Positions 1 through 9,516 of a stretch of DNA of 64,000 nt are shown in pieces. Every line of letters begins with the position of its first letter. Position 1 is the stretch's first letter. Under the pieces are notes generated by a model. The model was not told the origin of the DNA. It did not search any database and saw only the letters and a list, made by a program, of their open reading frames with translations. The translations under genes were made by a program, and so were the position numbers. Origin of the DNA: Alphaproteobacteria bacterium (GTDB lineage Bacteria > Pseudomonadota > Alphaproteobacteria > Methylaequorales > Methylaequoraceae); NCBI GenBank assembly GCA_045563025.1, contig JBJKUS010000008.1, forward strand, positions 205,554 through 269,553, given 5' to 3'.

Positions 1-911
1 CAAATCTTGTTAGATTCCAAAAAATAATTTGAGCTTGGTTTCCGTAACAATATCTACCTTTTATATCAATATAACTATACACAGTATCTGGATTATATTG
101 ATTCATAAACGCACACGGCCCATAATCAATTGTTTCGCCTGAAATAGTTGTATTATCTGTGTTCATCACTCCATGTATAAAACCAACATTTAACCATTTT
201 GAAACAAGATTCGCTTGTAAAGAAATTGTCTTCTCTAAAAGAAGTTTATATAAATTTCCTTTTTTTTTTTTTATCTCAGGAAAATGCCTTGAAATTGTAT
301 AATCAGCTAGTTGTTTTAAATTTTTTTTTTGATTTCTAAAATGAAAAAACTCAAAAGTTCCTATCCTAATGTGGCTTGATGCAATTCGAGCAAGTATACC
401 TCCAGGCAATTTTGACTCTCTCTCAACAAACTCTCCAGTAGTCACAATTGACAATGATCTGGTTGTAGGTATTCCAAGAAAATGAATGGCCTCACTTAAT
501 ATATATTCTCTAATAACAGGTCCAAGAGGAGATCTCCCATCGCCTTGTCTAGAAAATCTTGTTTTTCCTGAGCCTTTTAATTGGATATCGAAAAGCTTTC
601 CATCCTCAGCTTTTATTTCACCAAGAAGAACTGCTCGTCCATCTCCGAGTGAATCAACAAAATTACCAAATTGATGACCAGCATATGCGAGCGAAATTGG
701 TTTTGATGATCTTGCGATTTTATTTCCAGAAAGGAAAGATGCACCTTCTTGTTCTAAAAATTTTTCATTAAGATTAAGATATTTACAAAGGTCTGTATTT
801 AGTTTTAAAAGTTTTGGTTTTAAAACTGGTACTGGTTTTCTATCTTCATAAAAATCATTTGGTAGACTAGTGTAAGAGTTTGAATAAATAAAGTTATTAT
901 CGTTCATCTTT
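1..911 (-). CDS. selO: Protein adenylyltransferase SelO (YdiU/UPF0061), N-terminal ~300 aa; the C-terminus runs off the window start
   Basis: The reverse-strand translation from the ATG at 909-911 reads MNDNNFIYSNSYTSLPNDFYEDRKP...SLAYAGHQFGNFVDSLGDGRAVLLGEI...IQLKGSGKTRFSRQGDGRSPLGPVIREY. These are the classic SelO motifs (AGHQFG, GDGRA, KGSG.T.F.R.GDGR). The small + strand ORFs listed here by the track are antisense artefacts. Confidence 0.8.
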
Positions 912-914
912 TTG

Positions 915-1598
915 TTAATTTAAACTTCCCAATAAACCTAGAATTATTCCTATAAAAAAACCAAATACTCCACCCCAAACAACCAACCAGCCTAAATGCT
1001 TGTGTATCATTTGTTTTATAATAATCTTAACATGTTGTGGTGTAAGCTCATTCAATCTTTGGTCAATAATATTTTCTAGATCTTCTCTCACAGATTCTGC
1101 AGATTTATCACTGCCTTCTAAAGCTGTTTTAGAAACATCATCAATTACCTCTTTGATTTTTTTTTTGACAGGATCTTTAAGAGGGTCTAAAGCCTTTTTT
1201 CCACCAACCATTCCCAGCATAGCACCTAAAGAAGACTCTTCAATTGCTTCAGTTAGTTTTTCAAATATTAAATCATAATCTAGGCTTTTTGATAAATCTG
1301 TTTTTTTTAGATCAATCTTACTTTCCAAAAATTTATTTATTGATGACATTGAAAAGAATTCCGTGAGAATTAGATCTTTAATTCCTATTTTAAAATCCTC
1401 AAATCGCTCTGGAATTACTCCAGACCCGTATAAAAGTGGTATTTTTTCAAATAACATGTGGATTGCGAGCCAATTAGTTAGACCTCCTGATAAAGCAAAT
1501 AATCCTGCCATGAAAATTTCAGTAGAATATATTGGAGAAAACATTCCGTATATAGTGATGCTTAAAGCTAAAATATTTGTGATAAGACTTTTATTCAT
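915..1598 (-). CDS. DUF445-family inner-membrane protein
   Basis: 227 aa ORF with hydrophobic N- and C-terminal helices (…WLAIHMLFEKIPLLYGSGVIP…) and a DUF445-like architecture. It lies tightly upstream of selO on the same strand. Confidence 0.45.
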   Translation of the reverse strand: MNKSLITNILALSITIYGMFSPIYSTEIFMAGLFALSGGLTNWLAIHMLFEKIPLLYGSGVIPERFEDFKIGIKDLILTEFFSMSSINKFLESKIDLKKTDLSKSLDYDLIFEKLTEAIEESSLGAMLGMVGGKKALDPLKDPVKKKIKEVIDDVSKTALEGSDKSAESVREDLENIIDQRLNELTPQHVKIIIKQMIHKHLGWLVVWGGVFGFFIGIILGLLGSLN

Positions 1599-1657
1599 AT
1601 ATTTTAAAACTAAATTATGCGTTAAAAAGTGGAATCAAATTTTTTTTGATTATTGTT

Positions 1658-2128
1658 TCACCCATTGTATGGTAATGAGGAGTGGTGTAAATTAATTTTC
1701 AATTCTTCATTACTCACTTTTATAAAACCAAAAGTATATTCAACCTTGAGTACTTTATCCTCACTATCTTTAAAATAATAATTACCCATAGCAAGTAATT
1801 GATTATTTTGCTCTGTAATTTTATAGTTTTGAAACTCGATGGATTTCCATCCCTTTATTGCAAAACCACTATCTTCATCGCATACTTTGTTTTGTCCTAA
1901 GAAGTATGAAAGAAATTCATCTTTAGTGGTCCTAAATTGATTGTTTTGGGCTAGAGTTGGCTTAAATAAAACCTCACAATGATTAAAGGCGTAAATATTG
2001 TGAAGTAAATCAGAAGTCAAATTTTCTAAACTTTCATTTTTCTTGTAGGCATTACCAATTTCTATAACGAGATTGCCCCACTTTTGTTGTGTAGCGGTAA
2101 CCAAATCTATTATCTCTTTATTTACCAT
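1658..2128 (-). CDS. Hypothetical protein, possibly NTF2/SnoaL-like fold
   Basis: 156 aa ORF. Its N-terminus (IIDLVTATQQKWGNLVIEIGNAY…) resembles NTF2-like/SgcJ-family proteins. I see no catalytic motifs. Confidence 0.35.
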   Translation of the reverse strand: MVNKEIIDLVTATQQKWGNLVIEIGNAYKKNESLENLTSDLLHNIYAFNHCEVLFKPTLAQNNQFRTTKDEFLSYFLGQNKVCDEDSGFAIKGWKSIEFQNYKITEQNNQLLAMGNYYFKDSEDKVLKVEYTFGFIKVSNEELKINLHHSSLPYNG

Positions 2129-2189
2129 ATTTATTTATTTTAAAACGATGAATTAGATTTTTTTAATCATTAATGATAAATATTATTAT

Positions 2190-2735
2190 ATGAATTTTTT
2201 TTTTTTTTCAATTATTCTTTCTTTATGTGTTCAAATTAATGCGATGAATCTATTAAATGATCAATTGAAGGATTCGGAAAAATTTTTTAAAAATTGGGAA
2301 TATATAAGCGATCAAGTAATGGGAGGAGTTTCAACTGGTAAAGCAGAAATTAAAAAAGAAGGAGATAATTTTTTTTTACGGCTGAGTGGAAACGTCAGTA
2401 CAAAAAATAATGGTGGTTTTATTCAAGTAAGGTCAGATGTAGATGATCTTGCTGATAATTTTAAGGGGCTAAGATTAAAAGTTAAAGGAAAAGCGAGCTC
2501 TTATTTTATTCACATACGAACAAACTTTCTATTTTTACCTTGGCAATTTTATTCAGGTGAATTTTTTGTGGATAGTGAATGGAAGGAAATTGAGCTTCTT
2601 TTTAAAGATTTTAAAAAATCAAATTTTTATCAACCGTCAAGTTTTAATTCTTCAGAAATTGAAAGTATTGGTTTTGTTGCTTTTGGCAAAGATTTCAATG
2701 CTAGGTTAGATATTATGGAAGCCGAGTTGTTTTAG
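2190..2735 (+). CDS. CIA30-domain protein (complex I intermediate-associated protein 30 family), secreted or periplasmic
   Basis: Signal peptide MNFFFFSIILSLCVQINA. The NWEYISDQVMGGVSTGKAEI…FFLRLSGNVSTKNNGGFIQVRS stretch matches the conserved CIA30 'DDRVMGGVS' core. Confidence 0.55.
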   Translation: MNFFFFSIILSLCVQINAMNLLNDQLKDSEKFFKNWEYISDQVMGGVSTGKAEIKKEGDNFFLRLSGNVSTKNNGGFIQVRSDVDDLADNFKGLRLKVKGKASSYFIHIRTNFLFLPWQFYSGEFFVDSEWKEIELLFKDFKKSNFYQPSSFNSSEIESIGFVAFGKDFNARLDIMEAELF

Positions 2736-2739
2736 ATTA

Positions 2740-3039
2740 ATGTCTGAAAAAAAAAACTTTTTCCCCAAAACTAATGTAAAGAATCCCGAACCCAAGAAAG
2801 ATGACCCCGATTGGATTATTTGGGCCGCGTGGGCTGACCGCATAACATTTGAAGAAATTTTTGAGGTTACAGGTAAAAGAGAAGGTGAGGTTATAAAGAT
2901 TATGAGAAGGAGTTTAAAGCCAAGTAGTTTCAAACTTTGGAGAAAAAGAGTTCATACAAAATCTATAAAAAACAGAAAACTATTTTCCGAGACTAGGAGG
3001 AAAATGAAAAGAAATAAAAATTTTAATTTTGATTATTGA
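2740..3039 (+). CDS. DUF2805 / TIGR03643-family small protein
   Basis: 99 aa ORF with the highly conserved WIIWAAWADRITFEEI…KIMRRSLKPSSFKLWRKRV signature of the DUF2805 family. Confidence 0.6.
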   Translation: MSEKKNFFPKTNVKNPEPKKDDPDWIIWAAWADRITFEEIFEVTGKREGEVIKIMRRSLKPSSFKLWRKRVHTKSIKNRKLFSETRRKMKRNKNFNFDY

Positions 3040-3490
3040 GATTCATTGAAGCCTTTTGTCTTGCTTCCGACGAATCTTTTCCAGTGAGATGAAAAAGTCC
3101 TACAATTTTTCTCATCATTGCGTCTTCGAAATCATCAATTTTTCCATCAGCTAACATAATGGTCCACATTAATTCAAGAATGTTTAAGATTTCATTGTGA
3201 GAAAAATTATCTCTTATATCTTTTGTTAATGAGTAAATTTCAACACTATCTTGGCAAAGATCTATAGCCTGGTCAAAAATAGAACTTATTTTTTCGGTAT
3301 CCACACCCAGTTTATTTTCAAGAAGTTTTTTAATTTTTTCGATTTCAACATCTGAGAAATCTCCGTCTTCTTTGGCACATTCAATGAGTATAGCCGTAAT
3401 GAGTATATTTTTTTCATCTGAAGAAACTTCAGTGGGTTCATTTTCTTGAAATTTTTTTAAGAAATTTAGCATACATAAATATATATACAT
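3023..3490 (-). CDS. TerB-like (tellurite-resistance TerB/DjlA-N family) protein
   Basis: 155 aa, acidic and helical. The ILITAILIECAKEDGDFSDVEIEKIKKLL…ILELMWTIMLADGKIDDFEDAMMRKI pattern is typical of TerB domains. The real start may be the internal Met at ~3469. The 3′ end overlaps the DUF2805 gene convergently. Confidence 0.5.
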   Translation of the reverse strand: MYIYLCMLNFLKKFQENEPTEVSSDEKNILITAILIECAKEDGDFSDVEIEKIKKLLENKLGVDTEKISSIFDQAIDLCQDSVEIYSLTKDIRDNFSHNEILNILELMWTIMLADGKIDDFEDAMMRKIVGLFHLTGKDSSEARQKASMNLNNQN

Positions 3491-3637
3491 ATAGAAATAA
3501 TTTACAAATTATATATAGAAATTAATTACTGTTATATTGAAACACTGCTTTATCATAATAAGGTAAAAAAAATATTGCTTTATACTTTGATGAAAGTAAG
3601 ATTATTTACTAAAACAAACACGTATACGGAGTTCACT

Positions 3638-6073
3638 ATGTCTAATAAAACTAATCTCATACTCTTTGGATCTTTACTATTACCCTTTGTGCTAAATGCT
3701 CAAGACAAGGAATATCAGGCTCCTGATGTGAACATTATTTCTGTAACTCCAGTCCAAGGCTCTGGGATAAGCTTAGATAGAGTTCCCTCAAACATTCAGG
3801 TTATCAGGCAAGATGACTTAGACGACAAGAAAAACTTCTCCGTAGTTGAAACATTAAACAGAAAAGCTGCAGGTATTTCAATCTCAAATCTTAACAGTTC
3901 TCCAATGCAAAACGACATAAACTTTAGAGGTTATGTGGCTGGACCACTATTAGGAACAGCACAAGCAATGGCCATATATCAAAATGGTATGAGAGTTAAT
4001 GAATCATTCGGTGAGGTAGTTCAGTGGGATCTCGTTCCCGACTTTGCCATACAAAATATGCAACTATTTACCGGTGGAGACCCTATTTTTGGGCAAAACG
4101 CTATTGGTGGGGCAATTTCACTTGAAATGAAGAACGGATTTAATTTCGAAGGTGTTAAAGCCACATCTTCTGGTGGTAGTTACAGAAGAACAAACCAAGT
4201 AATAGAGTATGGTAAAAACCTAGGTAATTATGCAGTTTATCTCGGTGCAAACTTTAATTATGATAATGGTTGGAGAGATCACTCTGAATCATACCTTGAA
4301 ACTTTCTACTCGGATTTTAGATATCGAAATGAGGATACAGAACTTTTTCTAAACGTAGGTCAAGCCTTTACAGACTTAAGAGGTAATGGAGCTATGCCAT
4401 TGACTTTAATGGATTTAGAAGGTCGTGACGCAGTCTATACATATCCCGACAACACTCATAACAAAAATTACTATCTAAATTTTGGTGGAAATCATTTTGT
4501 CAATGATCAACTTTCAATTCAGGGAAATATGTATTACCGTCATATGGAAAGACGAAACTATAATGGCGATGAATTCGAAGGAAAAGACTGTGGCTTTGAC
4601 TTTGACAGAGGTGGAGGCGCAGCTAATGGAACTGTTTGCGGTGAATATGAATCTAATGCAGCTGCCGACGGTGTCGCAATTTTAGACGTAGGAGGAAATC
4701 TCATTAATTACGAAAGTTTAGGTCTTGAACTCGATGATGACGAAAACGAAATAGAAAGTTTTGGAGCAATAAATAGATCCAATACCAAAACTAATGCTTT
4801 TGGATTTAACTTACAATCTATCTATGATTCTAATTTATTTCAAAAGAATAACACTTTTATTGGGGGGATGAACTATGACTTCTCTAAAAACAGTTTTGGC
4901 TCCTCAACTGAGTTGGGTATTATTCAGTCTGATAGAGGTGTTCAAGGGACTGGTGTTTTTGTTAGTACTGATGCTGAAGGTGAAGAACAGTTTATCACCA
5001 ACCTTGAATCAACAACTCATAATTTAGCCTTATATGGAAGCAATACAATTGATTTAGATGATAAAACCTCGTTAAATGTTTCTGCTCGCTGGAATTGGGC
5101 ATCAATGAAAATGGATGATCAACACGGTACAGCATTAAATGGACATCATTTTTTCTGGAGAATAAACCCAGGTATTGGTTTAACTAGAAAAATTGGATCA
5201 GCTACTGTTTATGCATCTTACAAGGAGTCAAGCAGAAATCCATCTATCGCTGAGTTAGCTTGTGCGGACCCTGATTCACCTTGTCGTCTCCCAAACTCGT
5301 TTCAAGCAGACCCTCCGTTAGATATGGTTGTTAATAGAAATCTAGAGTTAGGTGCCAGAGGGAGCAAGAATTATAATTTAATGGGTATGAATCATAATAT
5401 TGATTGGAATTTAAGCGCCTATGCCGGAAGAAATTACAATGACATAATCTTCATTGGTGGAAATAGAGTAGGTACAGGTTATTTTAGAAATGTTGGTAAT
5501 ACACAGAGGCTAGGAACTGAATTCGCCTTAAATGGTAGATTAGGAAAAAAATGGACATGGTTCACTAAATACGCTTATGTTAGAGCTACTTTTGAAACAT
5601 CTCAAAAGTTATCAAGCGTTGGGCATCCATTAAACAACTTTGAAGATGATGATTTTGACGACAATGAACTGCGGGAAGGATTTCAAATTCAGGTTAGTAA
5701 AGGAAATGAGATTCCCGGAGTTTCACCTCACGTTGGAAGAGTTGGACTCGGTTATAATATTACTGAGAATTGGATTATTAATGGTGATATTGAGGCAAAT
5801 TCTGATCAATTCTTTAGAGGAGATGAGATAAACCATTCTAATAAAGTTCCTGGATATTTCCTTCTTAATTTTAGAACAGAATATTCACTTGAAGGAAAAA
5901 ATAATGGAGCTTCAACAATGTTCTTTTTAGAGGCAAAAAACATTTTAGACGAAAATTATGAAACTGGTGGTATTTTTGCTGAGAACGAGGTAAGTGGGAC
6001 GGGCGGAAGTGGAACTTTTGTTACCCCAGGACAACCCTTTTCTATTTTTGGTGGAATAAACTTAATCTGGTAA
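3638..6073 (+). CDS. TonB-dependent outer-membrane receptor
   Basis: Signal peptide MSNKTNLILFGSLLLPFVLNA followed by a plug domain (…ISVTPVQGSG…), then a long beta-barrel. The C-terminus ends …FGGINLIW with an aromatic last residue. The track's start at 3575 adds 21 aa with no signal peptide, so I start at the ATG at 3638. Acidic clusters LELDDDENEIE and FEDDDFDDNE lie in predicted loops. Confidence 0.85.
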   Translation: MSNKTNLILFGSLLLPFVLNAQDKEYQAPDVNIISVTPVQGSGISLDRVPSNIQVIRQDDLDDKKNFSVVETLNRKAAGISISNLNSSPMQNDINFRGYVAGPLLGTAQAMAIYQNGMRVNESFGEVVQWDLVPDFAIQNMQLFTGGDPIFGQNAIGGAISLEMKNGFNFEGVKATSSGGSYRRTNQVIEYGKNLGNYAVYLGANFNYDNGWRDHSESYLETFYSDFRYRNEDTELFLNVGQAFTDLRGNGAMPLTLMDLEGRDAVYTYPDNTHNKNYYLNFGGNHFVNDQLSIQGNMYYRHMERRNYNGDEFEGKDCGFDFDRGGGAANGTVCGEYESNAAADGVAILDVGGNLINYESLGLELDDDENEIESFGAINRSNTKTNAFGFNLQSIYDSNLFQKNNTFIGGMNYDFSKNSFGSSTELGIIQSDRGVQGTGVFVSTDAEGEEQFITNLESTTHNLALYGSNTIDLDDKTSLNVSARWNWASMKMDDQHGTALNGHHFFWRINPGIGLTRKIGSATVYASYKESSRNPSIAELACADPDSPCRLPNSFQADPPLDMVVNRNLELGARGSKNYNLMGMNHNIDWNLSAYAGRNYNDIIFIGGNRVGTGYFRNVGNTQRLGTEFALNGRLGKKWTWFTKYAYVRATFETSQKLSSVGHPLNNFEDDDFDDNELREGFQIQVSKGNEIPGVSPHVGRVGLGYNITENWIINGDIEANSDQFFRGDEINHSNKVPGYFLLNFRTEYSLEGKNNGASTMFFLEAKNILDENYETGGIFAENEVSGTGGSGTFVTPGQPFSIFGGINLIW

Positions 6074-6080
6074 TATTAAA

Positions 6081-6638
6081 TTGAAATCACTTAATATATT
6101 TACAATCTTGTTAGCCGGTTCATTGGCCTTTCCAGCATTAGCAAAAGATCGCAAATCCGATTCCGTAGATCTTGATGATATAAAGTTGTACGACATTGTC
6201 AAAGTTGAACAGTGTTTAGATGCGGCATACGATAGAGTTCCTGGCTATGCCAGAAAACTAGAGTTTAAAATTGAAGGTGATGACCCAATTTATGAGTTTG
6301 ATATAGAATCTAGCAACGATAATTATACTTATAATGTAGAGTGTAATGCCGAAGAGGGTTATATCATCGAAATTGAAAAAGAGGTAGGTAAAGATGATCC
6401 TTATTTTAAAAAAAATGCTAAGATTACTATTGACGTGGCAAGAAGGAATGTATTGGAAATTCATCCTGGCAAGGTTATGAATGAAGAAAGAGAAGTCGGT
6501 ATGGACGGAACAATAACCTATGAGTTTGATATTCAAACAATAGCAGGTTATGAAATAAAAGTCGACGTTGATGCCGTTAGTGGACAGATTGAAGAAGCCA
6601 ACTTTGAACTATACGAGATAGGGATAGAGGCTGAATAG
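6081..6638 (+). CDS. Periplasmic protein with two PepSY domains, acidic ('lanpepsy-like' candidate)
   Basis: TTG start 7 nt after the receptor gene. Signal peptide MKSLNIFTILLAGSLAFPALA. Two repeats of the PepSY pattern (…YEFDIES…YNVECNAEEGYIIEIEKE… and …ITYEFDIQTIAGYEIKVDVDAVSGQIEE…). The protein is very rich in Asp and Glu. Confidence 0.6.
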   Translation: MKSLNIFTILLAGSLAFPALAKDRKSDSVDLDDIKLYDIVKVEQCLDAAYDRVPGYARKLEFKIEGDDPIYEFDIESSNDNYTYNVECNAEEGYIIEIEKEVGKDDPYFKKNAKITIDVARRNVLEIHPGKVMNEEREVGMDGTITYEFDIQTIAGYEIKVDVDAVSGQIEEANFELYEIGIEAE

Positions 6639-6697
6639 TAAGGAAAACCTTATTCCTCAATCACCCAACAAATCTGATACAAAGATAAAAAAACTTT

Positions 6698-8113
6698 TTA
6701 TTTTTCTAACGGAACCAAATCAAACAAATGAGCATTCATCCATAAATGAACGACAACACAAGCCGCGTAACCAAGTAAAATTGCCCAAGCCCATTTTAGA
6801 TGTGCAAAAAATGTATAAACACCTCTTGCCTGACCCATTAAAGCAACTCCGGCAGCGGAACCAATAGATAATAGAGATCCGCCAGTACCTGCAGTCAATG
6901 TAATTAACAACCATTGTCCCATATCCATTGAAGGATGGGCGGTTAATACTGCGTACACAATTGGAATATTATCAATAATTGCTGAAAGAATACCGACTAA
7001 AACATTAGCATTAGTAGGACCAAGTGTTTCATACATAGGCCCAGATATTAGTTGTAAATATCCAAGAGTGGCTAGACCACCGACCGCTACTAATATTCCA
7101 TAGAAAAACAGGAGAGTATCCCACTCTGCCCTACCAGTAATTACAAAAATATCGAATTTATTTTTGTCAGGAAACTTTGTTTTAAGAAAGTAACCATAAG
7201 TTCCTAGCATTCCAAGCCCAAACATCATACCAAGAACTGGGGGCATATGAAGGACATTGTGACCTGTAACAGTTAAGGTAATGGTTAAAATTCCCAAGAA
7301 AGCAATAACATTTCCTCCTGGAAGTATTACCACTTTTTTACCATCACCTTTCGGAACCTCATTGGGGATTGCAAAGTACATTATAGTCGCCGGCACAACA
7401 TAATTGACAACTGATGGAACAAAAATGTTAAAGAAATCAAAGAACGAAACAAACCCACGTTGCCATACCATTAAGGTTGTGATGTCTCCAAATGGAGAGA
7501 ATGCTCCACCGGCATTTGCTGCTACAACAATATTTATAAGTCCTGGTACAATAAAAGCCTTATTACCTCTACCAGCAACCATCACTACAGTTCCAAGAAT
7601 AAGTGCAGTAGTTAAGTTATCAGCGATTGGAGAAAGGAAGAAAGCAATTACACCTGAAATAAGAAATATTTTCTTATAACTGAAATTATTATTAGAAAGC
7701 CATGAACATAACGCATCAAACATTCTTCTTTCGGTTAATGAATTAACGTAAGCCATAGCAACGAATAAAAAGAAGAATAATTCTGCAAATTCTAAGACTA
7801 CATGTCTAAACTGTGTTTCCGCCCATTTTGGTGAAAGGGAGGGATCTTGAGAAGCAACGTAAGCAATTAATACCCAAATTATCGTAGCAGCTAGAATAAC
7901 AGGTTTAGACTTCCTAAAGTGAGTGAACTCTTCTGCCATCACAAATCCATAGGCAATGATAAAAATGATTATTGAAAAGATGCCTACAGGACTAAATATC
8001 ATATCAAGTGAGGTTGGACCTCCAGAGGCATCAGCAGCAAGTGAAAAGTTTGGTGAAAAATTTAATGAAAGAAATGTTAATAAAAAAATGTTAAGTTTAT
8101 TAAATATATTCAT
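6698..8113 (-). CDS. nhaD: NhaD-family Na+/H+ antiporter (ArsB/NhaD permease superfamily)
   Basis: Polytopic membrane protein with the NhaD-type SPFGDITTLMVWQRG and GNKAFIVPGLINIVVAANAGGA motifs. I prefer the Met at 8113, which follows AGGGAG (MNIFNKLNIF…). The track's longer start at 8176 overlaps pepA. Confidence 0.6.
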   Translation of the reverse strand: MNIFNKLNIFLLTFLSLNFSPNFSLAADASGGPTSLDMIFSPVGIFSIIIFIIAYGFVMAEEFTHFRKSKPVILAATIIWVLIAYVASQDPSLSPKWAETQFRHVVLEFAELFFFLFVAMAYVNSLTERRMFDALCSWLSNNNFSYKKIFLISGVIAFFLSPIADNLTTALILGTVVMVAGRGNKAFIVPGLINIVVAANAGGAFSPFGDITTLMVWQRGFVSFFDFFNIFVPSVVNYVVPATIMYFAIPNEVPKGDGKKVVILPGGNVIAFLGILTITLTVTGHNVLHMPPVLGMMFGLGMLGTYGYFLKTKFPDKNKFDIFVITGRAEWDTLLFFYGILVAVGGLATLGYLQLISGPMYETLGPTNANVLVGILSAIIDNIPIVYAVLTAHPSMDMGQWLLITLTAGTGGSLLSIGSAAGVALMGQARGVYTFFAHLKWAWAILLGYAACVVVHLWMNAHLFDLVPLEK

Positions 8114-8169
8114 AATGCTCCCTTTATTCATTGCTTTAGAAACCACAAATATATATTTCTTATAAAATA

Positions 8170-9516
8170 ATGACAAGTAAACAAATTAAAAAAATACCCA
8201 TATCAGTTTTTTTTTCAGATGATCAGATTCCTAAGATTTATAAAAACATCATCTTCGATGAATATTCTTCATATTCAATTTCTAAATCAAATGAGAGAGT
8301 TTTAGTTAATTTATCAAAAATATCAAATCTAAATAGTCTGCAAAAAAACTATAAATTGTTATTGATTGGCCAAGCAATTAAAAAACTTTGTAAAACAGGG
8401 AGTTTTTTTGTTGACTATTATGGTTGTAAAAAAACTGATATCAAAAATTTTTATTTAGGCTGGTCTTTAGCTGATTACACTTTTGAAAAATACAAATCTA
8501 AAAAAAAAAACAAAAGTGAAGTTAAGATTCTTCATGAATTTGAAAAAGAAATAAGGTTAATAAGTGAATCATATTTTTTTATTAGAGATTTGATAAATAC
8601 ACCTGCGAATATTTTGGGACCTAATGAGATTTTTCAGTCAGCAAAGAAATTCTTAAAAAATTTTGCAGTTGCTAATTCAGTATCTGGTAAAAAACTTGAA
8701 AAGAACTTTCCCCTGATCGCAGCTGTTGGGCAAGGTGCGGATAAAAGTAAAAAACCATTGTTTTGTGAATTTAAACAAAAAAAAAACAAATCAAAAAAAA
8801 AAATTTTTCTAATTGGCAAAGGAGTTTCTTTTGATACTGGTGGTTTAAATATCAAGACAGGAAATGGAATGTCTTTAATGAAAAAGGATATGGGCGGCGC
8901 TGCAAATTGTATCGGTCTTGCTAAACTTGTAAGTGACTATGACTTAGACGTCGATCTAAGGTTATTGTTATGCTTAGTTGAAAATTCGATTTCAAAGAAG
9001 TCAATAAGACCATCCGATATAATTAAGAGCAGAGAGGGAAATTTTATAGAAATTGGTGACACAGATGCCGAAGGAAGACTAATCCTTGCTGATGCAATTA
9101 GTTATGCAATAGAAAATAAGCCTGATTTAATTATTGATATGGCAACACTAACCGGGGCATCTAGAGTTGCAATGGGAATAGAAGTTCCAAGTTTTTTTTG
9201 CAATGACGATGACTTAGCTATGAAATTAATTGATTTATCTCAAAAAACCGGAGATCCACTCTGGCAGTTACCATTATGGGAAAATTATTCAAGTCAGTTA
9301 AGCTCTGCGCATGCAGATTTTAAAAATATAGGAAATAGTATGTTTGGTGGTGCAATTACAGCTGCTTTATTTTTACAGAAATTTGTAAAAGATATTCCTT
9401 GGATACATGTAGACTTAATGGCGTGGACTAGACCAAATAAGTTTAGTTCATATGAAGGTGGTGAAGCTATGGGTATTAGAACACTTTTTGAATTAATTAA
9501 AGATATGCAGAATTAA
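8170..9516 (+). CDS. pepA: M17 leucyl aminopeptidase-family cytosol aminopeptidase
   Basis: GKGVSFDTGGLNIK, DMGGAA and NTDAEGRL-type (GDTDAEGRLILADAISYA) motifs diagnostic of the M17 family. Confidence 0.8.
   Translation: MTSKQIKKIPISVFFSDDQIPKIYKNIIFDEYSSYSISKSNERVLVNLSKISNLNSLQKNYKLLLIGQAIKKLCKTGSFFVDYYGCKKTDIKNFYLGWSLADYTFEKYKSKKKNKSEVKILHEFEKEIRLISESYFFIRDLINTPANILGPNEIFQSAKKFLKNFAVANSVSGKKLEKNFPLIAAVGQGADKSKKPLFCEFKQKKNKSKKKIFLIGKGVSFDTGGLNIKTGNGMSLMKKDMGGAANCIGLAKLVSDYDLDVDLRLLLCLVENSISKKSIRPSDIIKSREGNFIEIGDTDAEGRLILADAISYAIENKPDLIIDMATLTGASRVAMGIEVPSFFCNDDDLAMKLIDLSQKTGDPLWQLPLWENYSSQLSSAHADFKNIGNSMFGGAITAALFLQKFVKDIPWIHVDLMAWTRPNKFSSYEGGEAMGIRTLFELIKDMQN

Noticed and set aside
486-1695. 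Small + strand ORFs (486-674, 559-771, 1000-1278, 1363-1695) from the six-frame track
   Set aside because: They lie antisense within the selO and DUF445 coding regions, are compositionally biased and carry no motifs. I treat them as frame shadows.
3491-3637. Possible cobalamin or other riboswitch ahead of the TonB-dependent receptor
   Set aside because: The leader is short and almost pure A/T. I found no B12-box-like or structured conserved elements, so I interpret it as promoter plus direct repeats.
4482-6536. Internal small ORFs (4482-4685, 5640-5831, 6258-6536 minus) within the TonB receptor and PepSY genes
   Set aside because: They are embedded or antisense within well-supported genes and carry no motifs.
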